From the NCBI GenBank assembly GCA_016780995.1, contig JADHKZ010000001.1, positions 22,473 through 86,472 on the forward strand: a stretch of DNA of 64,000 bases, written 5' to 3'. The notes below the pieces were generated by a model. It ran no database searches and was not told the origin of the DNA. It was given only the letters and a program-made list of their open reading frames with translations. Origin of the DNA: Thermoleophilia bacterium (GTDB lineage Bacteria > Actinomycetota > Thermoleophilia > Miltoncostaeales > Miltoncostaeaceae). Positions 9,822 to 19,194 of this stretch are shown one piece after another; within the stretch, counting starts at the first letter, position 1; every line of letters starts with the position of its first letter. Both the position numbers and the translations under genes were made by a program.

Positions 9822-11452
9822 CAGGCGCTGATCTTCGGGCCGCTCTTCACGCGGTCGTACACCCCGTCGTCCAGCGGCAGTTCCCGCAGCTCCACCTTGC
9901 GCACGCGCTCGGTGGGGGTCTTGGGGAGGTGCTCCATGAACCGCACGTACCGGGGCACCGCGAAGTAGGGCATCTTGTCGCTGCAGTAGGTGAGCAGCTC
10001 GTGCGGGTCGGGCATGCCCTCGCGGGGCACCACGCAGATCAGGATCTCCTGCTCCGACCCCGCGCCCTCGCCAGCCGCCACGCCCACCGCCGCGGCCTCC
10101 AGCACGCCGGGGTGCGACGCCACGATGCGCTCCACCTCCATCGACGACACGTTCTCGCCACGCCGCCGGATGTAGTCCTTCACGCGGTCCTTGAAGTACA
10201 GGTAGCCGTCCTCGTCCATCTCGCCCAGGTCGCCCGTGTGAAGCTTGAGGTTCTTGAAGTCCTCGGCGGTCTTCTCGGGCATCCCGGCGTAGGCGCGCAT
10301 CACGATGTTGGGCAGCTTCATGTCCACCACGATCTCGCCGGGCATCCCGGGGGGCAGCGGCCGGTCTGTGCCCGGCTCCACCACGCTCACCTCGAACCCC
10401 GGGCTGGCCTTGCCGCATGAGCCCGGCTTCTCCACCCCGGGCGGAACGTAGGTGACCATGCCGGTCTCGGTGAGCCCGTAGCCCTCGTGCCACCGGATGC
10501 CGAAGCGCTCCTTGAACTCGTGGTAGATGTCCTTGGGCGCCGGCATGGCCATGATGCGCTCCACCGAGTGGGCGCGGTCGAACTCACCGGGCTCGGTATT
10601 CCAGATGAAGTAGTTCATGGCGCTGACGGTGTTGAGGATCGTGGCCCCGCACTCGGTGACCTCGCGCCAGAAGTTGGTGGATGAGTACCGCGCCGACAGC
10701 TGGATGCGCGCGCCGGCGATGAGCGCCGGGTAGCAGTTGAGCACCTGCGCGTTGCTGTGGAAGAGGGGCAGGCAGGTGTAGAAGACGTCGTCCCCGGTGA
10801 CCCCGCACACCTCGATGTAGGTGCGGCCCGAGAAGTAGTCCGACGCGTGCTGCTTGATCACGCCCTTGCTCCGCCCGGTGGTGCCCGACGTGAACATGAT
10901 CCGCGCGTCGTCCACCCAGGTCACGTCCACGCCCGGGTCGGAGTCGGGCGCGTCGTCCAGCACGCCGAAGGGCTCGAACGCCACGGCCGGGTTGGGCCCG
11001 TGCGGCGATCCCGACTCCCACACGAACACGTGCTCCAGCACCGGCAGCTCGGTCGCCACGTGATCCAGGCGGTCCAGGAGGTCGTCGGAGATCACCAGGA
11101 ACCGCGACTCGGGCAGGTTGATGACCCACGACAGGAAGTCGCCGCGGTACGCCAGGTTGATGGGCGACTGCACGCCGCCGGCGCGCAGGATGCCGAACCA
11201 CAGCGCTACCTGGTCCACCGAGTTGGGCATGAGCGTGCTCACGCACTCGCCCTTCTGCAGTCCGCGGGCGATGAGGGCGTTGGCGATGCGGCTGGCGCGG
11301 GCGTCGATCTCGCCGTAGGTCACCCACTCGCCGTCGCCGAACCGGATGTACGGCCGGTCGGGATGCGCCTCGGCGCGCTCGCGGAGGATGCGGGGGAGCA
11401 CCCACCCCGTCACGTCCTCCTTGGTGTACCAGTCACTCCACTCGGCGGTCAT
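9821..11452 (-). CDS. AMP-dependent synthetase/ligase (acyl-CoA synthetase family)
   Basis: Track ORF 9821..11452. AMP-binding motif [14 protein letters not shown], then ...GYGLTETG... and ...[21 protein letters not shown]. Confidence 0.85.
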   Translation of the reverse strand: MTAEWSDWYTKEDVTGWVLPRILRERAEAHPDRPYIRFGDGEWVTYGEIDARASRIANALIARGLQKGECVSTLMPNSVDQVALWFGILRAGGVQSPINLAYRGDFLSWVINLPESRFLVISDDLLDRLDHVATELPVLEHVFVWESGSPHGPNPAVAFEPFGVLDDAPDSDPGVDVTWVDDARIMFTSGTTGRSKGVIKQHASDYFSGRTYIEVCGVTGDDVFYTCLPLFHSNAQVLNCYPALIAGARIQLSARYSSTNFWREVTECGATILNTVSAMNYFIWNTEPGEFDRAHSVERIMAMPAPKDIYHEFKERFGIRWHEGYGLTETGMVTYVPPGVEKPGSCGKASPGFEVSVVEPGTDRPLPPGMPGEIVVDMKLPNIVMRAYAGMPEKTAEDFKNLKLHTGDLGEMDEDGYLYFKDRVKDYIRRRGENVSSMEVERIVASHPGVLEAAAVGVAAGEGAGSEQEILICVVPREGMPDPHELLTYCSDKMPYFAVPRYVRFMEHLPKTPTERVRKVELRELPLDDGVYDRVKSGPKISA

Positions 11453-11484
11453 GCACGCAGGCTACCGGGGCGGCCAAAGCACTG

Positions 11485-11493
11485 TGGTACGGT
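11485..11493 (+). promoter_or_regulatory. candidate extended -10 promoter element for rpmG (TGgTACGGT)
   Basis: TGn plus a TAnnnT hexamer 31 nt upstream of the rpmG GTG. It lies inside an 18-nt block that matches the rpsL upstream region at 16 of 18 positions. Confidence 0.35.
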
Positions 11494-11524
11494 GCCGGAC
11501 CCGCCAACGACCGGAGGCTTCCCT

Positions 11525-11689
11525 GTGGGCAAGACCGGCCAGCGCATCGCCGTGACCCTGGCATGCCAGGACTGCAAGAGGCGCAACTACCAGTCCAATA
11601 AGAGCAGGCGCAACACGCCCGACCGCGTGTCGCTCTCGAAGTTCTGCCGCTGGTGCGGCCGCCACACGGAGCACCGCGAGACGCGGTAG
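11525..11689 (+). CDS. rpmG: 50S ribosomal protein L33 (zinc-ribbon form)
   Basis: [57 protein letters not shown] at 11525 is preceded by GGAGGC. Confidence 0.9.
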   Translation: MGKTGQRIAVTLACQDCKRRNYQSNKSRRNTPDRVSLSKFCRWCGRHTEHRETR

Positions 11690-11700
11690 GGGCAGTACCT

Positions 11701-11773
11701 AGGGTCGTAGCTCAATTGGTAGAGCACCGGTCTCCAAAACCGGGGGTTGGGGGTTCGAGTCCCTCCGGCCCTG
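11701..11773 (+). tRNA. tRNA-Trp (anticodon CCA)
   Basis: Hand-folded cloverleaf. Acceptor AGGGTCG/CGGCCCT, anticodon stem CCGGT/ACCGG with loop CTCCAAA, T-loop TTCGAGT. The rpmG-secE position is classic. Confidence 0.95.
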
Positions 11774-11812
11774 TCCAGCAGATCGCGAAAGACTGAGAAG
11801 GCCGCCAGCCAC

Positions 11813-12196
11813 ATGGCACGAATCCGCCCGTCAAAGGGCCAGAGCTCAGGGGAACCAGGCCCCGACGAAACCGGCCCCGGCGGGGCGGAGCCGCCGCCCG
11901 TACCCAGCAGGCGGCGCAACAAGTCGTCCTCGGGGGGCGGGCAGCCCGCGGCGCAGCCGCGCCCGCGCCAGCAGGCCAAGAGCGAGAAGGCTGGTTCGGT
12001 CACCAAGTCGGTCCAGGAGAGCCGCAGCCGCCGCTACGTGGGCGAGGTGGTCACCGAGCTCAAGAAGGTCACCTGGCCCAACCGGGCCCAGCTGCTCCAG
12101 GCAACCGCCGTGGTGCTCATCTTCGTCGCCGTGGTCACCGTGTACCTCGGCCTCATCGACTTCCTCATGGCCGCCCTCGTCGACGCCCTGTTCTAG
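11813..12196 (+). CDS. secE: preprotein translocase subunit SecE (long N-terminal tail)
   Basis: C-terminus VGEVVTELKKVTWPNRAQLLQATAVVLIFVAVVTVYLGLIDFLM is the SecE TM segment. Start at ATG 11813. Confidence 0.85.
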   Translation: MARIRPSKGQSSGEPGPDETGPGGAEPPPVPSRRRNKSSSGGGQPAAQPRPRQQAKSEKAGSVTKSVQESRSRRYVGEVVTELKKVTWPNRAQLLQATAVVLIFVAVVTVYLGLIDFLMAALVDALF

Positions 12197-12205
12197 GAGA
12201 GTTAC

Positions 12206-12748
12206 TTGCTGCGCTGGTACGTCATCAACACCTACTCGGGCCACGAGAACAAGGTGCGCGCCAACATCCTCCGCCGGGTGGAGAGCCAGCACCGCCGCCG
12301 GTCCATCCGCGAGGTCGTCGTCCCCACCGAGCAGGTGGTGGAGACCAACAAGGACGGCCAGAAGGTGCAGACCGAGCGGCGCACGCTGCCCGGCTACGTG
12401 CTGGTGAACATGGACATGGGTGACGACGACGCCTGGTCGCTCATCAAGGACACGCCCGGCGTCACCGGCTTCGTGGGCGCCACCAAGCACGACGACCACC
12501 GCCCGCCGCCGCTCACTCGCTCCGAGGTGGACCGCCTGCTGCACACCCAGACCGAGACCCGCGTCAAGGTGCGCGCCGAGTTCACGGTGGGCGAGAGCGT
12601 CAAGGTCATCTCGGGCCCGCTGTCGGACTTCACCGGCGAGATCGCCGAGATCAACGCCGAGCAGGGGCGCGTGAAGGTGCTGGTATCCATCTTCGGTCGC
12701 GAGACGCCGGCCGAGCTGTCGTTCGACCAGGTGAAGAAGCTCACGTAG
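12206..12748 (+). CDS. nusG: transcription termination/antitermination factor NusG
   Basis: LRWYVINTYSGHENKVRANI... with a KOW-like C-terminus GESVKVISGPLSDFTGEIAEIN. TTG start. Confidence 0.95.
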   Translation: MLRWYVINTYSGHENKVRANILRRVESQHRRRSIREVVVPTEQVVETNKDGQKVQTERRTLPGYVLVNMDMGDDDAWSLIKDTPGVTGFVGATKHDDHRPPPLTRSEVDRLLHTQTETRVKVRAEFTVGESVKVISGPLSDFTGEIAEINAEQGRVKVLVSIFGRETPAELSFDQVKKLT

Positions 12749-12800
12749 GCACCGCCGACGCGGGGGCCGGCGGCAGCCGCTGGCCATTCGCGCGCGCGGA

Positions 12801-12808
12801 TGTATGAT
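12801..12808 (+). promoter_or_regulatory. candidate -10 region for rplKA (TGTATGAT)
   Basis: TGTATGAT followed by CCCGGG, about 45 nt upstream of the rplK ATG. The same octamer occurs upstream of rpoB. Confidence 0.3.
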
Positions 12809-12852
12809 CCCGGGCCGCTCGAGACGGCCCCGTTCCGGAAGGTCACGCCCAG

Positions 12853-13278
12853 ATGGCGAAGAAGGTCCTGCAGGTCATCAAGCTCCATATCCCCGCAGGG
12901 GGAGCCTCGCCGGCGCCGCCGGTGGGTCCGGCCCTGGGTGCCGCGAGCATCAACATCATGGACTTCTGCAAGGCGTTCAACGCCGAGACGCAGAACCTGG
13001 GCGGCGTCATCACGCCCGTCGAGATCTCGGTCTACGAGGACCGCTCGTTCTCGTTCATCACCAAGACCCCGCCGGCCGCGGTGCTCATCAAGGAGGCCAT
13101 CAAGCTTCCCAAGGGCTCGCCCGAGTCGCACCGCGTGAAGGTGGGCACCATCACGCGGGCCCAGCTGCAGCAGATCGCCGAGACCAAGATGCAGGACCTG
13201 AACGCGAACGACATCGACGCCGCCATCACCATGATCGCGGGCACCGCCCGGTCGATGGGCGTCACGGTGGAGGGCTAG
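12853..13278 (+). CDS. rplK: 50S ribosomal protein L11
   Basis: [43 protein letters not shown]. Confidence 0.97.
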   Translation: MAKKVLQVIKLHIPAGGASPAPPVGPALGAASINIMDFCKAFNAETQNLGGVITPVEISVYEDRSFSFITKTPPAAVLIKEAIKLPKGSPESHRVKVGTITRAQLQQIAETKMQDLNANDIDAAITMIAGTARSMGVTVEG

Positions 13279-13280
13279 GA

Positions 13281-13997
13281 ATGGCCAAGCACGGCAAGCG
13301 CTACGACGACGCCAAGGCGCAGATCAACCCCGAGGGCAACTACCACCCACTCGAGGCCTTCCGCCTCCTGGTGGGCCAGGAAGTGGCCCGCTTCGACACC
13401 ACGGTGGAGGCCCACTTCCGGCTGGGCGTGAACGTGCGCCACGCCGAGGAGCAGCTGCGCGGCACCATCGCGCTGCCGCACGGCACCGGCCGCGCGGTCA
13501 CGGTGGCCGTGTTCGCCGAGGGCGAGAAGGCCCGTGAGGCCGAGGAGGCCGGCGCGCAGGTGGTGGGCGGCGAGGACCTGGTCAAGAAGGTGGAGGAGGG
13601 CTTCACCGACTTCGACGTGGCCATCGCCACCCCCGACATGATGGGCGCCGTGGGCCGCCTTGGCCGCGTGCTCGGCCCGTCGGGCAAGATGCCCAACCCC
13701 AAGACCGGCACCGTCACGTTTGACGTGGGCAAGGCCGTGGCCGACGTCATCGGCGGCAAGGTGGAGTACCGCACCGACCGCTCCGGCATCGTGCATATCG
13801 GCCTGGGCAAGAAGTCGTTCACGGCCGAGCAGCTCACCGAGAACTACGCCGCCATCCTGGATGAGATCCTCCGGGCCAAGCCGGCGTCCACCAAGGGCAA
13901 GTACATCAAGTCGATCAGCGTGGCCCAGACCATGGGACCCGGCATCGACATCGACCCGCAGTACACGCAGAACCTGCTCGAGGAGGCCACCGCCTAG
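13281..13997 (+). CDS. rplA: 50S ribosomal protein L1
   Basis: [30 protein letters not shown]...[11 protein letters not shown]...[14 protein letters not shown] at 13281 inside track ORF 12804..13997. Confidence 0.97.
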   Translation: MAKHGKRYDDAKAQINPEGNYHPLEAFRLLVGQEVARFDTTVEAHFRLGVNVRHAEEQLRGTIALPHGTGRAVTVAVFAEGEKAREAEEAGAQVVGGEDLVKKVEEGFTDFDVAIATPDMMGAVGRLGRVLGPSGKMPNPKTGTVTFDVGKAVADVIGGKVEYRTDRSGIVHIGLGKKSFTAEQLTENYAAILDEILRAKPASTKGKYIKSISVAQTMGPGIDIDPQYTQNLLEEATA

Positions 13998-14179
13998 GGC
14001 GGCCCCACCGCAGAGCATCCCGACCGAAGATCACGGGGGCGACCGGCAGGTCGCCTTGAACCAGGGGGACACCCCGACCCGTGTGAGGACGGAGCCACGG
14101 AGAGTGCGCGCGGCCACGTGCCACGCGCCACCTCCCCTCGGCCCGCCCTCGCGCGGCCAGCAGAGGAGGAGGTGAGGAA
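13998..14179 (+). promoter_or_regulatory. structured rplJL leader (possible L10-leader-type autoregulatory RNA)
   Basis: 182-nt spacer before rplJ. Contains hairpin GGCGACC-GGCA-GGTCGCC (14048-14065) and further GC-rich helices. Assigned by position only, no covariance model was run. Confidence 0.35.
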
Positions 14180-14911
14180 CTGAACAGGGAGCAGAAGGCA
14201 GAGGCCATCGCGGTGATCGCGGAGCGCCTCTCCACCACCGATACCGTCATCGCGACGGCATTTCACGGGCTGAGCGTCCGGGAGGTCGATGACCTCCGCG
14301 GCTCGCTCCGCGAGGCCGGCGGCCAGTTCCAGGTCGTCAAGAACACCCTCGCGCGTCGCGCGTGCGACGAGGCCGGTGCCGAGGCCCTGATCGAGTACCT
14401 CGAGGGACAGACCGCGCTGGTGTGGGCGGCCGGTGACGCGGCGGCGGTGGCGAAGGCCCTCAACGGCTTCGCCAAGGCCACCGAGAACCGGCTCAGCATG
14501 AAGGGCGGCATCCTGGATGGCGCCCCCATCTCGGCCGACGAGCTCAAGCAGCTCGCATCGCTGCCGTCCCGTGACGAGCTGCTCGCCCGCCTGGTCGGGG
14601 GCGTCGCAAGCCCGCTGCAGGGCACCGCCAACGCGCTGAACAGCCTCCTCTCGGGCATGGCCCGGGCGCTGGGGGCCTACCAGGCGCAGCGCGCCGCCGA
14701 GGCGCCTGCCGAGGCAGCTGCCCCGGCAGCCGAGGAAGCACCCGCAGCCGAGGAGGCGCCTGCCGCCGAGGCCGAGGCCAGCACTGAGGACACCACGGAG
14801 GCCGCGCCCGAGGCGCCGGCCGACGACACCCCGGAGGCCGTGCGGGAGCCGGCAGCCGACGACACCGCGGACGCCGAGCCGGCTGCCGACGACACCACGG
14901 AAGGAGACTGA
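14180..14911 (+). CDS. rplJ: 50S ribosomal protein L10 with a long acidic Ala/Pro/Glu tail; probable CTG start
   Basis: The conserved N-terminal helix [16 protein letters not shown] lies upstream of the first canonical start (GTG at 14213). GGAGGAGG (14165-14172) sits 7 nt before the CTG at 14180. The conservative alternative is 14213..14911. Confidence 0.85.
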   Translation: MNREQKAEAIAVIAERLSTTDTVIATAFHGLSVREVDDLRGSLREAGGQFQVVKNTLARRACDEAGAEALIEYLEGQTALVWAAGDAAAVAKALNGFAKATENRLSMKGGILDGAPISADELKQLASLPSRDELLARLVGGVASPLQGTANALNSLLSGMARALGAYQAQRAAEAPAEAAAPAAEEAPAAEEAPAAEAEASTEDTTEAAPEAPADDTPEAVREPAADDTADAEPAADDTTEGD

Positions 14912-14913
14912 CC

Positions 14914-15300
14914 ATGGCGATGACCACCGACGAGTGGATCGACGAGCTCAAGGGGATTTCGGTCCTGGAGCTGAGCGAGCGCATCAAGGCGCTCGAGGAG
15001 GCCTTCGGCGTCAGCGCCGCGGCCGCGCCGGTGGCGGTTGCCGCCGCGCCGGCTGCCGGTGGCGGCGACGGCGGCGGAGCTGCCGAGCAGGACAGCTTCA
15101 CCGTCACCCTCGACTCCGCGGGCGACAAGAAGATCCAGGTCATCAAGGTGGTCCGCGCGGTCACCGGCCTGGGCTTGAAGGAGGCCAAGGACCTCGTGGA
15201 CGGCGCTCCCGGCACCGTCAAGGAGGGCGTGGCCAAGGAGGAGGCCGAGCAGATCAAGGCCCAGCTCGAGGAGGCCGGCGGCGCGGTGTCGCTCTCGTAG
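14914..15300 (+). CDS. rplL: 50S ribosomal protein L7/L12
   Basis: [33 protein letters not shown]...[34 protein letters not shown]. Confidence 0.97.
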   Translation: MAMTTDEWIDELKGISVLELSERIKALEEAFGVSAAAAPVAVAAAPAAGGGDGGGAAEQDSFTVTLDSAGDKKIQVIKVVRAVTGLGLKEAKDLVDGAPGTVKEGVAKEEAEQIKAQLEEAGGAVSLS

Positions 15301-15312
15301 CGATCAAGCCTC

Positions 15313-15349
15313 GGTGACAGTCACCGCTTCGTACCCGGTGACAGTCACC
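15313..15349. repeat. two identical 13-bp perfect palindromes GGTGACAGTCACC, 24 bp centre to centre (operator-like)
   Basis: Copies at 15313-15325 and 15337-15349, each with arms GGTGAC/GTCACC around a central A. Located 13 nt after the rplL stop. Confidence 0.6.
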
Positions 15350-15360
15350 ATGTCTTACGC

Positions 15361-15397
15361 GGCCCGGGTGGCACTGCGCCACCCGGGCCGTTTGCTT
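15361..15397 (+). terminator. intrinsic terminator or attenuator after rplL
   Basis: Perfect 12-bp stem GGCCCGGGTGGC/GCCACCCGGGCC with loop ACTGC, followed by GTTTGCTT. Confidence 0.6.
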
Positions 15398-15409
15398 ACC
15401 TGCAGGTGC

Positions 15410-16864
15410 ATGAACCGCCTGCTCATGAGCATGGCCGGCCTCGCGCTGCTCGGCGCGGCGGCCGCCTCCCCCGCTGTGGCCGTGGTGTCGCAGGGCACGT
15501 TCCGCATGGGGGCGGACGCCGCATGGGCCCGGGGCATCGATGGCAGCGCCACCCAGGTGGCCGTGCTGGACCCCGGCTTCGGCGGCCTCGACGCCTCCAT
15601 CGCCGCGGGCGAATTGCCTCCCAGGGGCGCCATGCAGGAGAAGTCGTTCGATGCCGTCCACGGCATCGAGGGCCGCGACAACCTGGGGGCGCCCACCCAG
15701 CACGGCACGCGCATGGCCGAGATCGTGCACGACGTGGCCCCGGGCGCGCGCCTGGTGCTGGTGAACTACGCCGACATCGACGGCTTCCTGCAGGCGGTGG
15801 AATGGATCGCGGCGAACGGGATCCCCGTGGTGAGCCACTCCAATTCCATCCTGGGCGGGCCGTTCGACGGCACGGGCCCGCTGGCGCGGGCGGTCGACTC
15901 GGCCGCGGCACGCGGGGTGCTGTGGGTGAACTCCGCGGGCAACTTCGCCGAGCGGCACTGGCGCGGCGTGCCGTCGCCCACGGGCACCGAGGTGCCCGTC
16001 GCTCCCGCACCCGGCCAGACCATCGCCTTCGGCGTGGGGTGGAACGCGCCGGGCGTGCAGGCCGTGCTGGCCGTGCAGCGCCAGCAGGCCGACGGGGCGT
16101 GGGTGGACGTGGCGCGCAGCGACTCAACGCGGCGCACGCCGCCCATCACCGTGGACGGCGGGGCCTGGCGCGTGCTGGTCATCCGCACCGCCGGGGGGGA
16201 TGCCCCGGTCAACCTCTTCTCGCGCACCGTGGGCTTCGGGGCCCTGGCCGTGCCCGACGGCAGCGTGGCCACGCCGGGTGATGCCGCAGGCGCGCTGTCG
16301 GTGGGCGCCGTGCCATGGCAGGGCACCGATCCCGAGAGGTACTCCTCGCGCGGGCCCACGCAGGACGGCCGGTCCAAGCCCGACCTGGTGGGCCCCACGT
16401 ACGTGACGGCCAACCCGCTGTTCCCCGGCACGGCGGGCACCTCTGCGTCCACCGCGCACGTCGCGGGCGCGGTGGCTCTCATCCGCCACGAGCGCCTGGC
16501 GTCGGGACAGCCGGTGGACGTGCCGTCGCTGCGCGCCGACATCGTGCGGCGCGCGCGTGACCTGGGCGTGCGCGGACCGGACGCCGCCACCGGCGCGGGC
16601 ATGGCCCGTGTGGATGTGCAGGCGCCGCGCATCACCGTGGCCGTGCCCCGGGGCCCGCGTCCACGGGTGCGCGTGATGGCGTTCGACGCAGGCACCATGG
16701 CGGCCGTCGAACTGCGGCTGAATGGTCGCCTCATGCGCACCGCGCCCGGACCCCAGATGCGCCAGCGCATCTGGCTGCGCAAGGGCCGTAATCGCGTTGA
16801 GGTACGGGCGCGCGACCTGGCCGGCAACCAGTCGGTTGTCCGGCGCGTGGTGGTGCGCCGATGA
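15410..16864 (+). CDS. secreted subtilisin-like serine peptidase (S8) with C-terminal Ig-like module
   Basis: Signal-like MNRLLMSMAGLALLGAAAASPAVA. Triad contexts VAVLDPGFGG (Asp), TQHGTRMAEIV (His), GTSASTAHVAGAVALI (Ser). Oxyanion NSAGN. Confidence 0.85.
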   Translation: MNRLLMSMAGLALLGAAAASPAVAVVSQGTFRMGADAAWARGIDGSATQVAVLDPGFGGLDASIAAGELPPRGAMQEKSFDAVHGIEGRDNLGAPTQHGTRMAEIVHDVAPGARLVLVNYADIDGFLQAVEWIAANGIPVVSHSNSILGGPFDGTGPLARAVDSAAARGVLWVNSAGNFAERHWRGVPSPTGTEVPVAPAPGQTIAFGVGWNAPGVQAVLAVQRQQADGAWVDVARSDSTRRTPPITVDGGAWRVLVIRTAGGDAPVNLFSRTVGFGALAVPDGSVATPGDAAGALSVGAVPWQGTDPERYSSRGPTQDGRSKPDLVGPTYVTANPLFPGTAGTSASTAHVAGAVALIRHERLASGQPVDVPSLRADIVRRARDLGVRGPDAATGAGMARVDVQAPRITVAVPRGPRPRVRVMAFDAGTMAAVELRLNGRLMRTAPGPQMRQRIWLRKGRNRVEVRARDLAGNQSVVRRVVVRR

Positions 16865-18834
16865 TCCGCCACCGCGCCGCGGTCGGCGCGGTGGCCGCGG
16901 TGGCACTCGTCGCCACCGTGCCGACGACGGCGTCCAGCGCGGCTCCGCCCCTCTTCCCGCCGGTGGCAGCGGGCGACACCGACCCCGACGAGCCGGGTGC
17001 CGCGGTGCGGGCCACCGGGCGCATCCGCTCGGAGGGCTTCGAGCGGATCGGCGCTGATGCCATCCAGCCGCTCGCCGCCGATGGCCGCGGCGTGGTCATC
17101 GCGGTGCTCGACCTGGGGTTCGGTGCATCGCGGATCCCGGCGCTCCAGCGTCGGCGTGAGCTCCCGCCATCCGGCCGGCTCGAGACCATGAGCTTCGACC
17201 CCACGTGGGGCCTCGCCGGGCGCAATGCCTATGGCAACGCGACGAACCATGGCGAACTGGTGGCGCAGACGGTGTACGACTTCGCACCGGCAGCCCGGTA
17301 CCTGTTCGTGAACTACCACACCGAGGACCAGTTCCTGTCGGCGGTGGACTGGCTCATCCAGCGGCGCCCGGACGTGGTGGTGCACAGCAACAGCTTCATC
17401 GAGGGAACCTTCGATGGCGACGGCGCCCCGGCCCGCGCCGTGGACCGCGCGGCCGAGGCCGGCATCGCATGGGTCAACTCCGCGGGTAACTACGCCCAGC
17501 GCCACTGGGAGGGCTCGTGGGCCGACGCCGACGATGATGACGTGCTCGACTGGCCCGTGACTCCCGGCTGGACATTCCCCGTCGATCCGGATCGGCCCAT
17601 CACCTTCGCGCTGTCATGGGAACAGGACGAGGGCGCCGAGGTGACCGATCTCGACTTGGTGCTCCAGAAGCGCGACGCGGCGGGCAACTGGTTCGAGGTG
17701 GCTGCGTCCCGTGACTCGCAGCAGGATGGCGCGCGGGCGAGCGAGCGCGTGACCGGGGTTCCGTCAGGCGACGGCGGCGAGTTCCGCCTTCGAGTGGTGC
17801 TTGCATCCGGTCCGCCACCCCCTCGGCGTCTCACGCTGTTCTCGCGCGAGATCCCCATGAGCGCCCTGGGCGACCCCGCCCCCGGCAGCGTGCCCACCCC
17901 CGGCGATGCCGAGGGTTCGATCACGGTGGGCGCGGTGGGCTGGACGAGCAACGGGCTCAAGGCCTATTCCTCGCGCGGGCCCACCGACGACGGACGCATG
18001 AAGCCCGACATCACGGCGCCCACCAACACCCGCGTGCTCACCGCCACCGGCCCGCGCGCCATCGGCGGCACCTCCAATGCCGCGCCCAACGCCGCAGGCG
18101 CCATCGCCCTCATCATCGGCGCCCGCAAGATGGCTGGTGCTCCGCTCACGGTGGACCAGCTGCGCGACCTGCTGGCCACCCAGGCCCTCGACCTGGGCGC
18201 ACCGGGACCCGACGATCAATTCGGCGCCGGCCGCATCCGGGTGGACGTGGACCCGCCCCGGATCGCGCTGACCCGCCGCCCCGCCCGCCTGGTGCGCAAG
18301 CTCCCGGTGCGCCTGGGCGCCCAGGTGGACGACGCCTCGCGGCTCACGGGATGGACGCTGCACGTGGACGGCCGGCGCATCGTGCATCGTGGCGGCGAGC
18401 GTCCGCCATCGGCCGCCCTGGGTCGTCGCTGGCTGCCCGACGGGCGCCATGTGATCGAGCTGCGGGCGTCGGACTGGCCCGGCAACGTCGGCGTCCGCCG
18501 CATGAAGGTGCTGGTGGACACCCGCGCCCCGCGCCTGAGGTCGTTCCGCGTGGAGCGGGTGGGTCGCGAGCGCGCCGTGGCATCCGGGCAGGCCGCGCGT
18601 CGCCCTGCGCGCGCAGTGCTGGTGGCATCCGACGTGAGCGCGTCACGCATCCGCGTGGTGCTGCGCGCGCGAGATGGGCGCGAGGTCCGGCGCCAGGTGC
18701 GATTCCGAGGCAAGGCCCGTCGGGTGCTGGGACTTGGATCGCTTCCACCTGGTCGGTACACCGCCACCATCACGGCCTCTGATGCCGTGGGGCACAATCG
18801 CACCGTCACGCGCGTGGTGCGCCTGCGCCCGTAG
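16861..18834 (+). CDS. secreted subtilisin-like serine peptidase (S8), tandem paralog with a longer C-terminal repeat region
   Basis: IAVLDLGFG (Asp), TNHGELVAQTV (His), GGTSNAAPNAAGAIALI (Ser). Clear similarity to the upstream gene (SNSFIEGTFDGDGAPARAVDRAAEAGIAWVNSAGNYAQRHWEG). The ATG overlaps the upstream stop (ATGA). Confidence 0.85.
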   Translation: MIRHRAAVGAVAAVALVATVPTTASSAAPPLFPPVAAGDTDPDEPGAAVRATGRIRSEGFERIGADAIQPLAADGRGVVIAVLDLGFGASRIPALQRRRELPPSGRLETMSFDPTWGLAGRNAYGNATNHGELVAQTVYDFAPAARYLFVNYHTEDQFLSAVDWLIQRRPDVVVHSNSFIEGTFDGDGAPARAVDRAAEAGIAWVNSAGNYAQRHWEGSWADADDDDVLDWPVTPGWTFPVDPDRPITFALSWEQDEGAEVTDLDLVLQKRDAAGNWFEVAASRDSQQDGARASERVTGVPSGDGGEFRLRVVLASGPPPPRRLTLFSREIPMSALGDPAPGSVPTPGDAEGSITVGAVGWTSNGLKAYSSRGPTDDGRMKPDITAPTNTRVLTATGPRAIGGTSNAAPNAAGAIALIIGARKMAGAPLTVDQLRDLLATQALDLGAPGPDDQFGAGRIRVDVDPPRIALTRRPARLVRKLPVRLGAQVDDASRLTGWTLHVDGRRIVHRGGERPPSAALGRRWLPDGRHVIELRASDWPGNVGVRRMKVLVDTRAPRLRSFRVERVGRERAVASGQAARRPARAVLVASDVSASRIRVVLRARDGREVRRQVRFRGKARRVLGLGSLPPGRYTATITASDAVGHNRTVTRVVRLRP

Positions 18835-18929
18835 GACCGATCCCCGGGCGCCTCCGTCCCGGATTTCGCACAATTCACGTGCGCGCCCCAGACGCGCGAC
18901 TCCATCCTTTTCCCGAACGAGGTACGTCA

Positions 18930-19163
18930 ATGCCGCTCGATCGTGAAGTGAAGAGCAAGCTGAGGGACCGCGTCTCCCTCGCCAACAAGTCGAACGCCGA
19001 CGAGGTCATCGCCGAGGTCGAGGCGGCCCGCGCCACCCTGGACCCCGACGACAAGGACTACGCCCGCCTGACCGGCTGGATCGAGGACGTCCAGCACGTG
19101 GCCGGCGGCAAGGTCATCGGCCGCACCGGCGACCCGGGGGCCCAGGCCGACGGCATGGCCTGA
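18930..19163 (+). CDS. hypothetical small protein
   Basis: MPLDREVKSKLRDRVSLANKSNADEVIAEVEAARATLDPDDKDYARLTGWIEDV. GAGG lies upstream and third codon positions are G/C-rich. Confidence 0.6.
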   Translation: MPLDREVKSKLRDRVSLANKSNADEVIAEVEAARATLDPDDKDYARLTGWIEDVQHVAGGKVIGRTGDPGAQADGMA

Positions 19164-19194
19164 GCAGCGGTGATGCGCCCCGGGCCGGCCGGCC

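Noticed and set aside
14172-14183. Mini-ORF GTG-AGG-AAC-TGA whose stop overlaps the proposed rplJ CTG.
   Set aside because: The GTG overlaps the 3' end of the Shine-Dalgarno sequence with zero spacing, so it is unlikely to initiate. I note it only because it mimics the CTGA junction seen at ligA.
15314-15409. GTG at 15314 as the start of the first S8 peptidase (MTVTASYPVTVT...).
   Set aside because: This N-terminus is simply the translation of the twin palindromes and the terminator hairpin. The signal peptide begins at the ATG at 15410.
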